Assembly: GCA_964626755.1 (NCBI GenBank)
Contig: CAZVGO010000028.1
Location: forward strand, 28,702 to 92,701
Length of the DNA stretch: 64,000 nt
Direction of reading: 5' to 3'
Source of the DNA: an uncultured Anaerolineaceae bacterium
GTDB lineage: Bacteria; Chloroflexota; Limnocylindria; Limnocylindrales; CSP1-4
Shown here: one piece after another, positions 55,951 to 63,941 of the stretch
Layout: every line of letters starts with the position of its first letter
How positions within the stretch are numbered: the stretch's first letter is position 1
Made by a program: the position numbers and the translations under genes
Notes under the pieces: generated by a model
Told to the model about the DNA's origin: nothing
What the model saw: the letters and a program-made list of their open reading frames with translations, nothing else
Databases searched by the model: none

Positions 55951-56712
55951 GGGCCAGCGCACGAAGATCCAACTCGCCGCGGACCAACGAACGCGGGAGG
56001 CGACCCGCGCAATCGGTGCCGAGCTCCGCCGCAGCCGCGAGGACCAAGGCATCTCCCAACGCGCCGTCGCAGCGTCGGCCGGCATCGATCCAGGCCACCT
56101 TTCGCGAATCGAGGCGGGCGCGGTGGAGGCCAGTCTCGGATCCCTGGCGCGTGCGTCGGCGGCTCTCGGGGGTGAACTCAGCGTGCGGTTCTATCCGGGC
56201 ACCGGGCCGCGGCTGCGCGACCACATCCAGGCCGCGATCGTCGAGGCCCTGCTCCGCGAGCTGCATCCGCGCTGGAAGCGGTTCGTCGAGGTGCCCGTCT
56301 ACCGGCCCGCGAGGGGCGTGATCGACCTCGTACTGCACGACCCGACCGCCCCGGTCGTCGTTGCCGTGGAGGTCCAGTCCGAGCTGCGACGGCTCGAGCA
56401 GCTCATTCGCTGGTCGAACCAGAAGCGCGACGCCCTGCCGTCGGCCGACATCTGGCAATTCGCCGCGGCCGCGAACTCCCCGCCCGTCTCGGCCCTGCTC
56501 GTGTCGTGCGATCCACGCGCGCGACGAGGACAGTCGCCAACGACCACCCGGAACAGCTGCGCTCCCTCTACCCGGCGCACGCGGGAGGCATATATGCGGC
56601 GCTGACGACCGATGCGCCGTGGCCCGGCGCGGGCCTGGTGTGGGCAGTCGTCGACGGCGGCCGGGCTCGGTTGATGCCGCGGCCGCCTCGCGGGGTCGGC
56701 TTCGGGCGTTAG
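55949..56712 (+). pseudogene. XRE-family HTH fused to a PD-(D/E)xK-like domain, split by a 1-nt frameshift near 56504
   Basis: LRRSREDQGISQRAVAASAGIDPGHLSRIEAG (HTH), then RGVIDLVLHD..VVAVEVQSEL. A coherent C-terminus (VRSTRATRTVANDHPEQLRSLYP..WPGAGLVWAVV) continues in the 56506..56712 frame. Confidence 0.75.
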
Positions 56713-56768
56713 ATGAGCAGCACGGCGGCCAGGATGCCGACCGACAGGGCCAGATTTCGCAGGGACAT
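56709..56768 (-). CDS. 19-aa hydrophobic small protein
   Basis: GGAGG SD 5 nt upstream of ATG; MSLRNLALSVGILAAVLLI*. The stop overlaps the stop of the XRE gene's second frame. Confidence 0.5.
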   Translation of the reverse strand: MSLRNLALSVGILAAVLLI

Positions 56769-56875
56769 GCCTGCCTCCGTCGAGGTCGATCGCGCGCGCC
56801 ACGACGCCGGAGAGTCCCGGGAGACCTATGAGGAGGCCGAGCCAACGCCCGGCTAGCAGGTCGACGCGCCACCGG

Positions 56876-58585
56876 CTAGCGGCGAGTGGCGCGGACCGCG
56901 TGCGGATCGATCCGCGAGAGCGGCGCCGCGGCACCCTCGACCGTGAAGCCGGCTCGCTCCAGGAGGCGTCGGGCGATCGAGATACGCAAGGCGTGGTCGA
57001 GCGGCTCGACCGGGTCGCGCTCGGCGACGGTCACGAGCGCCTCGATCTCGCCGCCGACCCGAGCCGCGAGCGCATTGAGCAACGCTCCGGCCAACCCTTG
57101 GCGGCGAAACGCCGGCGCGACCCCCAGCCCGAGGAGCTGGCGTGATGGCCCGCTCGGTCCGGCGACCGCGAGGCCGACGATCGTGTCGCCGGCGACCGCT
57201 GCAACCGCGACGGAATCGGCCCGTAGCGCGGCGTGCAGCAGGCCCTTCCCCGCGGCGGGGTCAAACAGCGCCATGACCCGTGGCGCAACGCTCAGCCGCG
57301 CGAGCTGATCTGGCGTGAGGGGATCGAGGATTGTTGCGGTTCCGGTTGGGGCGTGAGTGTCGATCGCAAATGTCTCCCTGACGAGATCCTCCGCCGCGTC
57401 CCACCAGCCCCTCCGCGCCGCCTCGCGGAGCAACGCCGGGACCGCGATCATCTCGACCAGCCCCAGCCCGGCCAGCGATGCCTCCTCGGCGACCCGCTGC
57501 TGGCCATCGACCGGCTCGCCCGCATTCGGCTCGTCGATGAACGCCGCGGGGAGCGGCGCCTGCCCGAACCGAGCCGCCTCGCCCGCCCACCGCTCCCGCC
57601 ACGCGAGAGGCGTCGTCGCCGGCGCCGGGAGGTGCGCGCCGGCGAGCCAGACCAGCGACCAGGCCCGCGGCACCACTCGGTAGGCGTCGTACCCACCACC
57701 GCCCGTCGACAGCCACCGACCGCCCGCCCAGCGATGGGCGACCCGATCGACCAGCCGCGCCGCCTCGCCCATCGCGGTCGTCGTCAACCGCAGGTCGGCC
57801 AGCGGATCCCAGGCATGCGTGTCGCAGCCGTGCTGGGACACGACGACATCGGGCCCGAACGCGGCCGCGACTGCCGGCACCAGCGACGAGACGGCCGACA
57901 GCCACGCCTCCTCGCCCGCCCCCGGCTCGAACGGGAAATTCAACGACGTTCCCGCGGCCTCTCCCTCGCCGATCTCGCCGACGAACCCGGTGCCCGGAAA
58001 GAGATACCGCCCGGATTCGTGGAACGACAGCGTCAGGACGCCGGGATCGGCCCAATGGATGGCCTGCACGCCGTCGCCGTGGTGAACGTCGAAGTCGAGG
58101 TACAGGACCCGCAACCCCTCGCGACGCACCCGCGAGATCGCGAGCGCCGGATCGTCGTAGATGCAGAAGCCCGACGCCTGATCCGGCATCGCATGGTGGA
58201 GCCCACCGCCCGGATGGAACGCGTGCTCGACGTCGCCGCGCAGGATGGCTTCCATCGCCCGAATCGATCCGCCGGCGACCGCCGCCCCCGCCTGCTGCAT
58301 CCCGGCGAACGACGGGTTGTCGCCACCGGGTCCGATCCCGGCCTCCGGCGGCCCCCACGGGTCCGTCGAGAAGCGCTTCACCGCCGCGATGTAACGCGCC
58401 GTGTGGCACATGAGGAGCTCGTCGTCCGCGGCCGGCTCGGGCGCCAGCCCAGGGCGCGCCCCCACGTGCTCGAGCAGATCGATCCCCGGGCCGAACCGCC
58501 GGGGAGTGAGCGGATGCGCCGGCCCGAAGTCGTACCGCCCCGAATTCGGGCCGAACACGAGCAGCGGTCCGGGAAGCGGTGTCAC
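56876..58585 (-). CDS. AcuC/HDAC-family deacetylase fused to a C-terminal GNAT domain
   Basis: FGPAHPLTPRR, GGGLHHA, SGFCIYDD, DFDVHHGDG, SFHESG and GGGGY motifs. The C-terminus has a GNAT motif A, GVAPAFRRQGLAGALL. Confidence 0.88.
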   Translation of the reverse strand: MTPLPGPLLVFGPNSGRYDFGPAHPLTPRRFGPGIDLLEHVGARPGLAPEPAADDELLMCHTARYIAAVKRFSTDPWGPPEAGIGPGGDNPSFAGMQQAGAAVAGGSIRAMEAILRGDVEHAFHPGGGLHHAMPDQASGFCIYDDPALAISRVRREGLRVLYLDFDVHHGDGVQAIHWADPGVLTLSFHESGRYLFPGTGFVGEIGEGEAAGTSLNFPFEPGAGEEAWLSAVSSLVPAVAAAFGPDVVVSQHGCDTHAWDPLADLRLTTTAMGEAARLVDRVAHRWAGGRWLSTGGGGYDAYRVVPRAWSLVWLAGAHLPAPATTPLAWRERWAGEAARFGQAPLPAAFIDEPNAGEPVDGQQRVAEEASLAGLGLVEMIAVPALLREAARRGWWDAAEDLVRETFAIDTHAPTGTATILDPLTPDQLARLSVAPRVMALFDPAAGKGLLHAALRADSVAVAAVAGDTIVGLAVAGPSGPSRQLLGLGVAPAFRRQGLAGALLNALAARVGGEIEALVTVAERDPVEPLDHALRISIARRLLERAGFTVEGAAAPLSRIDPHAVRATRR

Positions 58586-58605
58586 GGTGGCAGGATAGGC
58601 CCGCC

Positions 58606-59010
58606 ATGGAGCGCGTCTACATGACGCCGCTGCTCGACAAGCTCGGGGTGAAGCCAAGGGCGCGCGTCGCGATCCTCAACGTCCCCGACGTGGACTTCCG
58701 CGCGCTCCTCCCCGAACGGACGGCCGACGTCACCGACGGCTGGCCGGCGCCCAAGACGGACCTCGTCTTCCTCGGTGCGGATTCGATCGACGAGCTGCTC
58801 CGGATCGGCCCGCTCCAGGAGGCGCTCGTGCCGAACGGCGCGATCTGGGTCGTGTCCCGCAAGGGCAGGGCCGCGACCCTCCGGGACGTCGACGTCATCG
58901 AGGCCGCGAAGGCGGTCGGGCTCGTCGACAACAAGGTCGTGTCGTTCTCGCCGACCCACACCGCGCTTCGGCTCGTGATCCCCGTGGCCAGGCGCGCGGA
59001 GCGCGGCTGA
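58606..59010 (+). CDS. DUF3052-like small protein
   Basis: LLDKLGVKP, LVPNGAIWVV..KG and GLVDNKV pattern. Confidence 0.7.
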   Translation: MERVYMTPLLDKLGVKPRARVAILNVPDVDFRALLPERTADVTDGWPAPKTDLVFLGADSIDELLRIGPLQEALVPNGAIWVVSRKGRAATLRDVDVIEAAKAVGLVDNKVVSFSPTHTALRLVIPVARRAERG

Positions 59011-59034
59011 GAGCGACCGAGGGCCAGCGTTCTC

Positions 59035-59186
59035 CCCAACTCTCACCCCCGGACCGCAAAGGGACTTCCCGACCGCATTCCACGTCACGCGCGACCATCT
59101 CGCGCTTACGCCGAGCGTGGGTTGGAAGGCGCAGGGGCCGGGACCGTGGCTCGGGTCCGTCTAAGAGTCCGAGGGTGCAAGTTGGG
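59035..59186. repeat. Second repeat family: ~150-bp element with imperfect inverted ends and a middle copy
   Basis: CCCAACTCTCACCCCGGAC (59035) versus the reverse complement of 59167-59186, CCCAACTTGCACCCTCGGAC. Middle copy CCGAGCGTGGGTTGG at 59111. Confidence 0.65.
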
Positions 59187-59252
59187 CAAGTTGGCCCGTC
59201 CCGCGGGCTCGGCGGCGGCTAGCGCTCCCTTCTGCGGAGTACCATCCGGGCC

Positions 59253-59417
59253 ATGCAGGATCTGGCCGTCGTCCTCATCGTCATCCTCGTGCTCGTGCTC
59301 CTCTGGCGCGGCCCAAAGACGATCCCGAAGCTCGGCGAGGCGCTGGGGCGCGGCGTGCGAGAGGCGAAACGCGAGGCGAACGAGCTCCGATCCGACAAGG
59401 ACGAGCCGGCGCCCTAG
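59253..59417 (+). CDS. tatA: Twin-arginine translocase TatA/E subunit
   Basis: Not in ORF track. MQDLAVVLIVILVLVLLWRGPKTIPKLGEALGRGVREAKREANE: one TM, a G-P-K hinge and an amphipathic helix. Confidence 0.88.
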   Translation: MQDLAVVLIVILVLVLLWRGPKTIPKLGEALGRGVREAKREANELRSDKDEPAP

Positions 59418-59437
59418 CCGGCCCACCCAGCCGCGAC

Positions 59438-60058
59438 GTGCCATCTCGCACGAATGGCGACGCGCCACCGGACCTGACCGAGCTCACCGCCCGCCCGGAA
59501 CCCGGCCCCCACCGGACGACGATCCTGGTCGACGGGAAGAAGATCACGACGCTCGCGGACATCCCGCCGCTCCGGAACCGGCTGCTGTTCGTGGGGCTCA
59601 ACCCCTCGCCGGTGAGCGTTAAAGCCGGCCACTACCACCAGGGCCGCCTCGGGCAGACGTTCTGGCGCCGGCTGATGACCGCCCGAATCCTTCCGAAGGA
59701 CACGCCGATCGAAACGGCCGACGACGCACTCCTCGCGGCAGGCCACGGGATTACCGACCTGCTCAAGCGCCCGACCGCGCGCGACACGGCCACCCCGGCC
59801 GAGCTGACCGCCGGCGTCGGGCCGCTGTGGCAGAAGGTCGCGGTCTGGCGGCCGGCCGCGATCGTGTTCATCTACAAGCGGGCGGCCGAGATCGCTGCCG
59901 GTCGATCGCTCACCGAGCGCTGGGGCCAGCTCGAGGGCGTCGCGCTGGCAGCCCGGCCGTGCTTTCTCATGCCAGGCGCATACGCCCCGCGCGCGGAGGT
60001 CGACGCCGGCCTGAACTTCATCCGCAACCTCGGCGCGGCACTGCCGGCGGACCAATGA
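59438..60058 (+). CDS. mug: Mismatch-specific uracil-DNA glycosylase family protein
   Basis: LFVGLNPS, GHYHQG..FWRRL, GITDLLKRPT and EL..G motifs. Confidence 0.82.
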   Translation: MPSRTNGDAPPDLTELTARPEPGPHRTTILVDGKKITTLADIPPLRNRLLFVGLNPSPVSVKAGHYHQGRLGQTFWRRLMTARILPKDTPIETADDALLAAGHGITDLLKRPTARDTATPAELTAGVGPLWQKVAVWRPAAIVFIYKRAAEIAAGRSLTERWGQLEGVALAARPCFLMPGAYAPRAEVDAGLNFIRNLGAALPADQ

Positions 60059-60110
60059 GGCGAGTCGGGGTCATTTCGCTCCAGGTGGAGCTGATGGGGG
60101 ACGGGAAGGG

Positions 60111-61379
60111 CTAACGCGGGCGCGCCGCCTCGATCGCCGCGGTCGCGTCGCGGGGCGGGTCGCCGTGACCCGGCAGCAGGCGCGGTGGCTTGAGCGCAGC
60201 GAGCCGATCGAGCGACGCGAGCAACGCATCGACGTCCGGCGGACCGAGGATCGAGCGGGAGGGTCCCGGCCCAACGAGATCGCCGCAGAGGACAAATCCG
60301 TCGCCGGCGAGCGCGATGTGGTCGGCCCGGTGGCCCGGCGTCGACATCGCGGCGAGCTTCATGTCGCCGAGGGGCATGAGCTGAGCATCCGCGAGCTCGA
60401 CGACGTCGTGCGGCAGGTCGCGGCCCGCTCCGGGACCCGCGAAGATCGGAACGCGGATCCGGCCGGCGAGCGCCTCGGCACCCGCGGCGTGATCGGGATC
60501 GGCATGGGTGAGGACGACGCCGACGATCGTCGCTTCGCGCGCGCGCGCCAGCTCGAGCAGCCTCTCCGCGGCGACGTCGGACGGGTCGCCCGGATCCACC
60601 GCGACCACGTCCCGCCGACCAACGAGGTATGCGTTGACCGACTGGCCCTCGACTCCGCCCGCGCTCGGAAGCACGACGCGAACGACGCCCGGCTCTTCTT
60701 CGAGGACGCGAATCCCCTCCGCCCGCCGCGGTCCCAGGCGCTCGCGAATCTGGTCGAACAATCGAACGTGTTCGAGCTGCTGAAGGGTCGCGCTCGTCGG
60801 CACCCACAAGCCGATCGTGCCGGCGGCCCGCTCGTCGAGTGCCGCTCGCGGCGTGATCCAGCGATGAGCGATCACCTCGTCGCCCACGAACGAAGGGAGC
60901 GCTGAGGCCGGCAGCTCGGCGGCGAAGAAGCGGACGTCGAATCGCCTTTCCACGAACGGCGGCGTCACCCAGCGCGAGAGAGGCGCGAGGAGGTCCGTAC
61001 GGAGATCGACGTCGAGCGCCTCGGCGACGTCCGCGATCGTTGCAGAACCACCGAGCAACCCCGCACGCGCCTCCGCGACCCGCTCGGCATTCGGCCACGC
61101 CCCGCGCGCGTCCGCCAGCAGGACCCCGGCTTCCTCGAACAGCTCTCGGACGCCCGCGGCCCGAGCCGCCGCTTCCTCGCTGTCCGACGCCGGCCTCGAT
61201 CGCGCGGCAACGCGCGGATCACTGTCCCCGGGATCGACGGCTCCACCGGGAAAGACGTGCATGTCGGCCGCGAATGCCATCGTCGCGGGCCGCTGAGTGA
61301 GCAACACCTCGAGGCCATCGCGCCCGGGACGAATCAGCACGACCGTCGCGGCCGGCCTGGGGATCTCCGGAGTGTTCAC
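60111..61379 (-). CDS. NUDIX hydrolase fused to an MBL-fold hydrolase
   Basis: RPAATVVL, VFPGGAVDPGD..RELFEEAG Nudix box, then THADPDH, TPGHRADH, GDL and PGHG motifs. Confidence 0.9.
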   Translation of the reverse strand: MNTPEIPRPAATVVLIRPGRDGLEVLLTQRPATMAFAADMHVFPGGAVDPGDSDPRVAARSRPASDSEEAAARAAGVRELFEEAGVLLADARGAWPNAERVAEARAGLLGGSATIADVAEALDVDLRTDLLAPLSRWVTPPFVERRFDVRFFAAELPASALPSFVGDEVIAHRWITPRAALDERAAGTIGLWVPTSATLQQLEHVRLFDQIRERLGPRRAEGIRVLEEEPGVVRVVLPSAGGVEGQSVNAYLVGRRDVVAVDPGDPSDVAAERLLELARAREATIVGVVLTHADPDHAAGAEALAGRIRVPIFAGPGAGRDLPHDVVELADAQLMPLGDMKLAAMSTPGHRADHIALAGDGFVLCGDLVGPGPSRSILGPPDVDALLASLDRLAALKPPRLLPGHGDPPRDATAAIEAARPR

Positions 61380-61422
61380 GCCGACGATCGTAGCCGCCCT
61401 CGTCGTCACGACGCCCAACCTG

Positions 61423-61582
61423 CTGACTCCCAGACAGCAAATCGTGCCCTTGGCCGCGGTTTGGGGCAGGACGATCTCGCTTCAGGCCCTCTCCGTTGAC
61501 CAGGAGACATGGAAACGTCCGATAGCTGGTGCCGCGACCGGGATCGGCGCGCTTCGATGCCGATTTGTTGACTGGCAGTCAG
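61423..61582. repeat. ~160-bp three-site inverted-repeat element, copy D
   Basis: CTGACTCCCAGACAG-CAAATCG (61423), TTGACCAGGAGACAT (61496) and CGATTTG-TTGACTGGCAGTCAG (61568). Confidence 0.85.
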
Positions 61583-61749
61583 CGGTCGCGCTTCCGGCTG
61601 CAGCCCCCAAAACACGGGATAGCCCAAAAGTACCAAACGACCACCCGACCGGATGGTGCCGGCGCGCCACAAACCTCTTGTCGCGACGGCCCTCCCGGCG
61701 TAGCGTGGGCGCCTTCGAACCGCGAGTTTTCGCTCGCGAGAGGGGTGTC

Positions 61750-63393
61750 TTGATCGAACCGCGAACACGCCGGCTGACGGTCGTCCTTGCGACGATCGCC
61801 CTTGCCTGTGCCGCGATTCTCCCCGCGGCCGCGCACGCCGCCGAACCCACGGACCCGACGAGCAGTGAGCTTCTCCACGTCATCGTCACGTTCACGGCCA
61901 CGCCCGGCAATGCGGCGCGCGACACCCTCCGGGACGCCGGCGCGAGGATTCGCCGCGAGTTCACGATCATCGACGCGATTTCGGTCGAGCTGCCGGCGAA
62001 TCAGGTCGAGAACCTGACGAACCACCCGCTCGTCAGGGCCGTGGAGCCGGACTGGGAGATCGCCGCCCTCGAACGGGACGGCAGCGCCAACGCCGAGCTC
62101 GCGAACGCGTGGGGGGTCGAGTACAGGGCCGTCCACGACACCGGGATCCAGGGCCAGGGGATCAAGGTCGCCATCATCGACACCGGCATCGACTACGTCC
62201 TCCCTGACGCGAACGACCCGCCGAACGACCTCGACACCGAGTTCCTGGGCAACTACCGCGGCGGCTACGACTTCGTCAATGACGACGCCGACCCGATGGA
62301 CGACAACGGCCACGGCACCCAGATCGCCCGGACGCTCGGCGCGCGACAGACCGACCACGCCGTCGTCGGGGTGGCGCCCAGGGTCGAGCTGTACGGGCTC
62401 AAGGTCCTCGGCGCCAACGGCTCGGGCGAGTACTCCGCGCTTATCGCGGCCCTCGAGTGGGCCGTCGCGAACGACATCGACGTCGTGAACATGAGTCTCG
62501 GCGGCCACGAAGCATCGGCCGCCCTCCAGTCCGCTGTCGAGGCGGCCTACCGCGCCGGGATTGTCCTGGTTGCCGCCGCCGGCAACGCGGCGACGCTCCA
62601 GGATCTCCGGAGCCGATGCGCGGTCGCCTACCCGGCGGCCTATGGCGAGGTCATCGCCGTGGCATCCACGGACGTCGGCGACGACGTGACCGGGTTCTCC
62701 TGTACCGGCCCGCAGGTCGACTTCGCCGCTCCCGGCAGTCTCATCTATCCGCTCGTGCCGTTCGGAATCTGCCCGTGGTGCGGGCCGTACGTCGACGCGC
62801 AGGAGAGCAGCTCGTCGATCGCCTCGCCCCATGTCGCCGGGGTCGCTGCACTCGTCCTGTCACACGGGATCGCCAACGCCGGAGACCCGAGGACGCTGGC
62901 CGACGACATCAAGGCCCACCTCTGCGCGACGGCCTCGCTGGTGAGCATCGCCCCGAGCGATCCGCGTAACCCGGCCTGGTACGGCTGCGGAGTCGTCAAC
63001 CCGCTGCAAGCCCTGATCGCGGCGCCGCCGCCGCCCGCCGATGGCAACCCGCTGCCGGCTGCTGCCGCCGCCGGCCCGATCGCTGTCGACGACTTTGTCC
63101 TGACGACCCGTGACACTCCCGTCTACGTCTCCGTCCTGGCGAACGACGTCGATCCCGACGACGACCCGCTCATCGTCGCCGCTGTTACTGATCCGCCTAA
63201 CGGCAGCGCGACGGTCGAGTTCGACGGCTCCATCACGTATTTCCCGGATCCGGGGTATGAGGGTTCGGACACTTTCTACTACAGGATCTCGGACGGGGCG
63301 GGCGGCGCCGACACTGGCAAGGTGACCGTCAAGGTCGTCCAGGATCCCGGCGAGGTTGTCGACGGGTCGACGATTCCGTTCGTCGGTCCGTAG
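61750..63393 (+). CDS. Secreted S8 subtilisin-like protease with I9 prodomain and C-terminal Ig/cadherin-like domain
   Basis: Signal peptide, AIIDTGID, DDNGHGT, AAAGN and SSIASPHVAG motifs, then P.AVDD....VLANDVDPDDDPL..YRISDG. Confidence 0.88.
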   Translation: MIEPRTRRLTVVLATIALACAAILPAAAHAAEPTDPTSSELLHVIVTFTATPGNAARDTLRDAGARIRREFTIIDAISVELPANQVENLTNHPLVRAVEPDWEIAALERDGSANAELANAWGVEYRAVHDTGIQGQGIKVAIIDTGIDYVLPDANDPPNDLDTEFLGNYRGGYDFVNDDADPMDDNGHGTQIARTLGARQTDHAVVGVAPRVELYGLKVLGANGSGEYSALIAALEWAVANDIDVVNMSLGGHEASAALQSAVEAAYRAGIVLVAAAGNAATLQDLRSRCAVAYPAAYGEVIAVASTDVGDDVTGFSCTGPQVDFAAPGSLIYPLVPFGICPWCGPYVDAQESSSSIASPHVAGVAALVLSHGIANAGDPRTLADDIKAHLCATASLVSIAPSDPRNPAWYGCGVVNPLQALIAAPPPPADGNPLPAAAAAGPIAVDDFVLTTRDTPVYVSVLANDVDPDDDPLIVAAVTDPPNGSATVEFDGSITYFPDPGYEGSDTFYYRISDGAGGADTGKVTVKVVQDPGEVVDGSTIPFVGP

Positions 63394-63437
63394 ATCGTCG
63401 GTCCGTAGGCCGGATCCCGAGCCCGCGTCACAGCCCG

Positions 63438-63941
63438 TCAGAGCGCGATGCGGTAGCCAAAGAGCCACTCGCCTGGCTCGAACTCCCAGTCGGACGCTTT
63501 GACGCGCTGGAACCCCATCGACTCGTACAGGCGATGGGCCATCTTCATCGACGGCCGGGTGTAGATCGCCAGGCCGGCCTTCCCATCGGCACGGGCCCGC
63601 TCGACGCACGCCTCGACGAGCGCCCGGCCAACTCCCCTGCCCTGCGCCCACGGCGCGACCGCGAGCATCCGGAAGCCCGCCTCGTCTTCGCGCTCCGATT
63701 CCGCGAACGGTCCGGGGCCAGGAATGTACGTCACGGTCCCGAGGAGTGCGCCGTCCGGCTCGGCCGCGACGAGGACGTTGACGAGCACCGCCCGACCCGC
63801 CACGTTGCGCAGCTCCGAGATGTACCCGAGGTCCGTCTCGCCCTCCAACGCCCCGTATGCCAGGACGGAGATCTCCCCGACCGCCTCGTACTCCGCCGGG
63901 CGCGCTTCGCGGATCTCGTACGTGCGGGCGGGATCGGTCAC
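63438..63941 (-). CDS. GNAT family N-acetyltransferase
   Basis: FRMLAVAPWAQGRGVGRAL and AHRLYESMGF motifs. Confidence 0.9.
   Translation of the reverse strand: MTDPARTYEIREARPAEYEAVGEISVLAYGALEGETDLGYISELRNVAGRAVLVNVLVAAEPDGALLGTVTYIPGPGPFAESEREDEAGFRMLAVAPWAQGRGVGRALVEACVERARADGKAGLAIYTRPSMKMAHRLYESMGFQRVKASDWEFEPGEWLFGYRIAL

Noticed and set aside
25181-61573. Outward-facing TTGACT hexamers at element ends as IS-like hybrid promoters
   Set aside because: No -10 hexamer lies about 17 bp downstream in the flanks I checked (A right, B left, C right, D right).
25035-61582. CRISPR interpretation of the repeated 15-bp palindromes
   Set aside because: There are only three sites per locus, in mixed orientation, with 47-69 bp gaps, degenerate sequences and no cas genes in the window.
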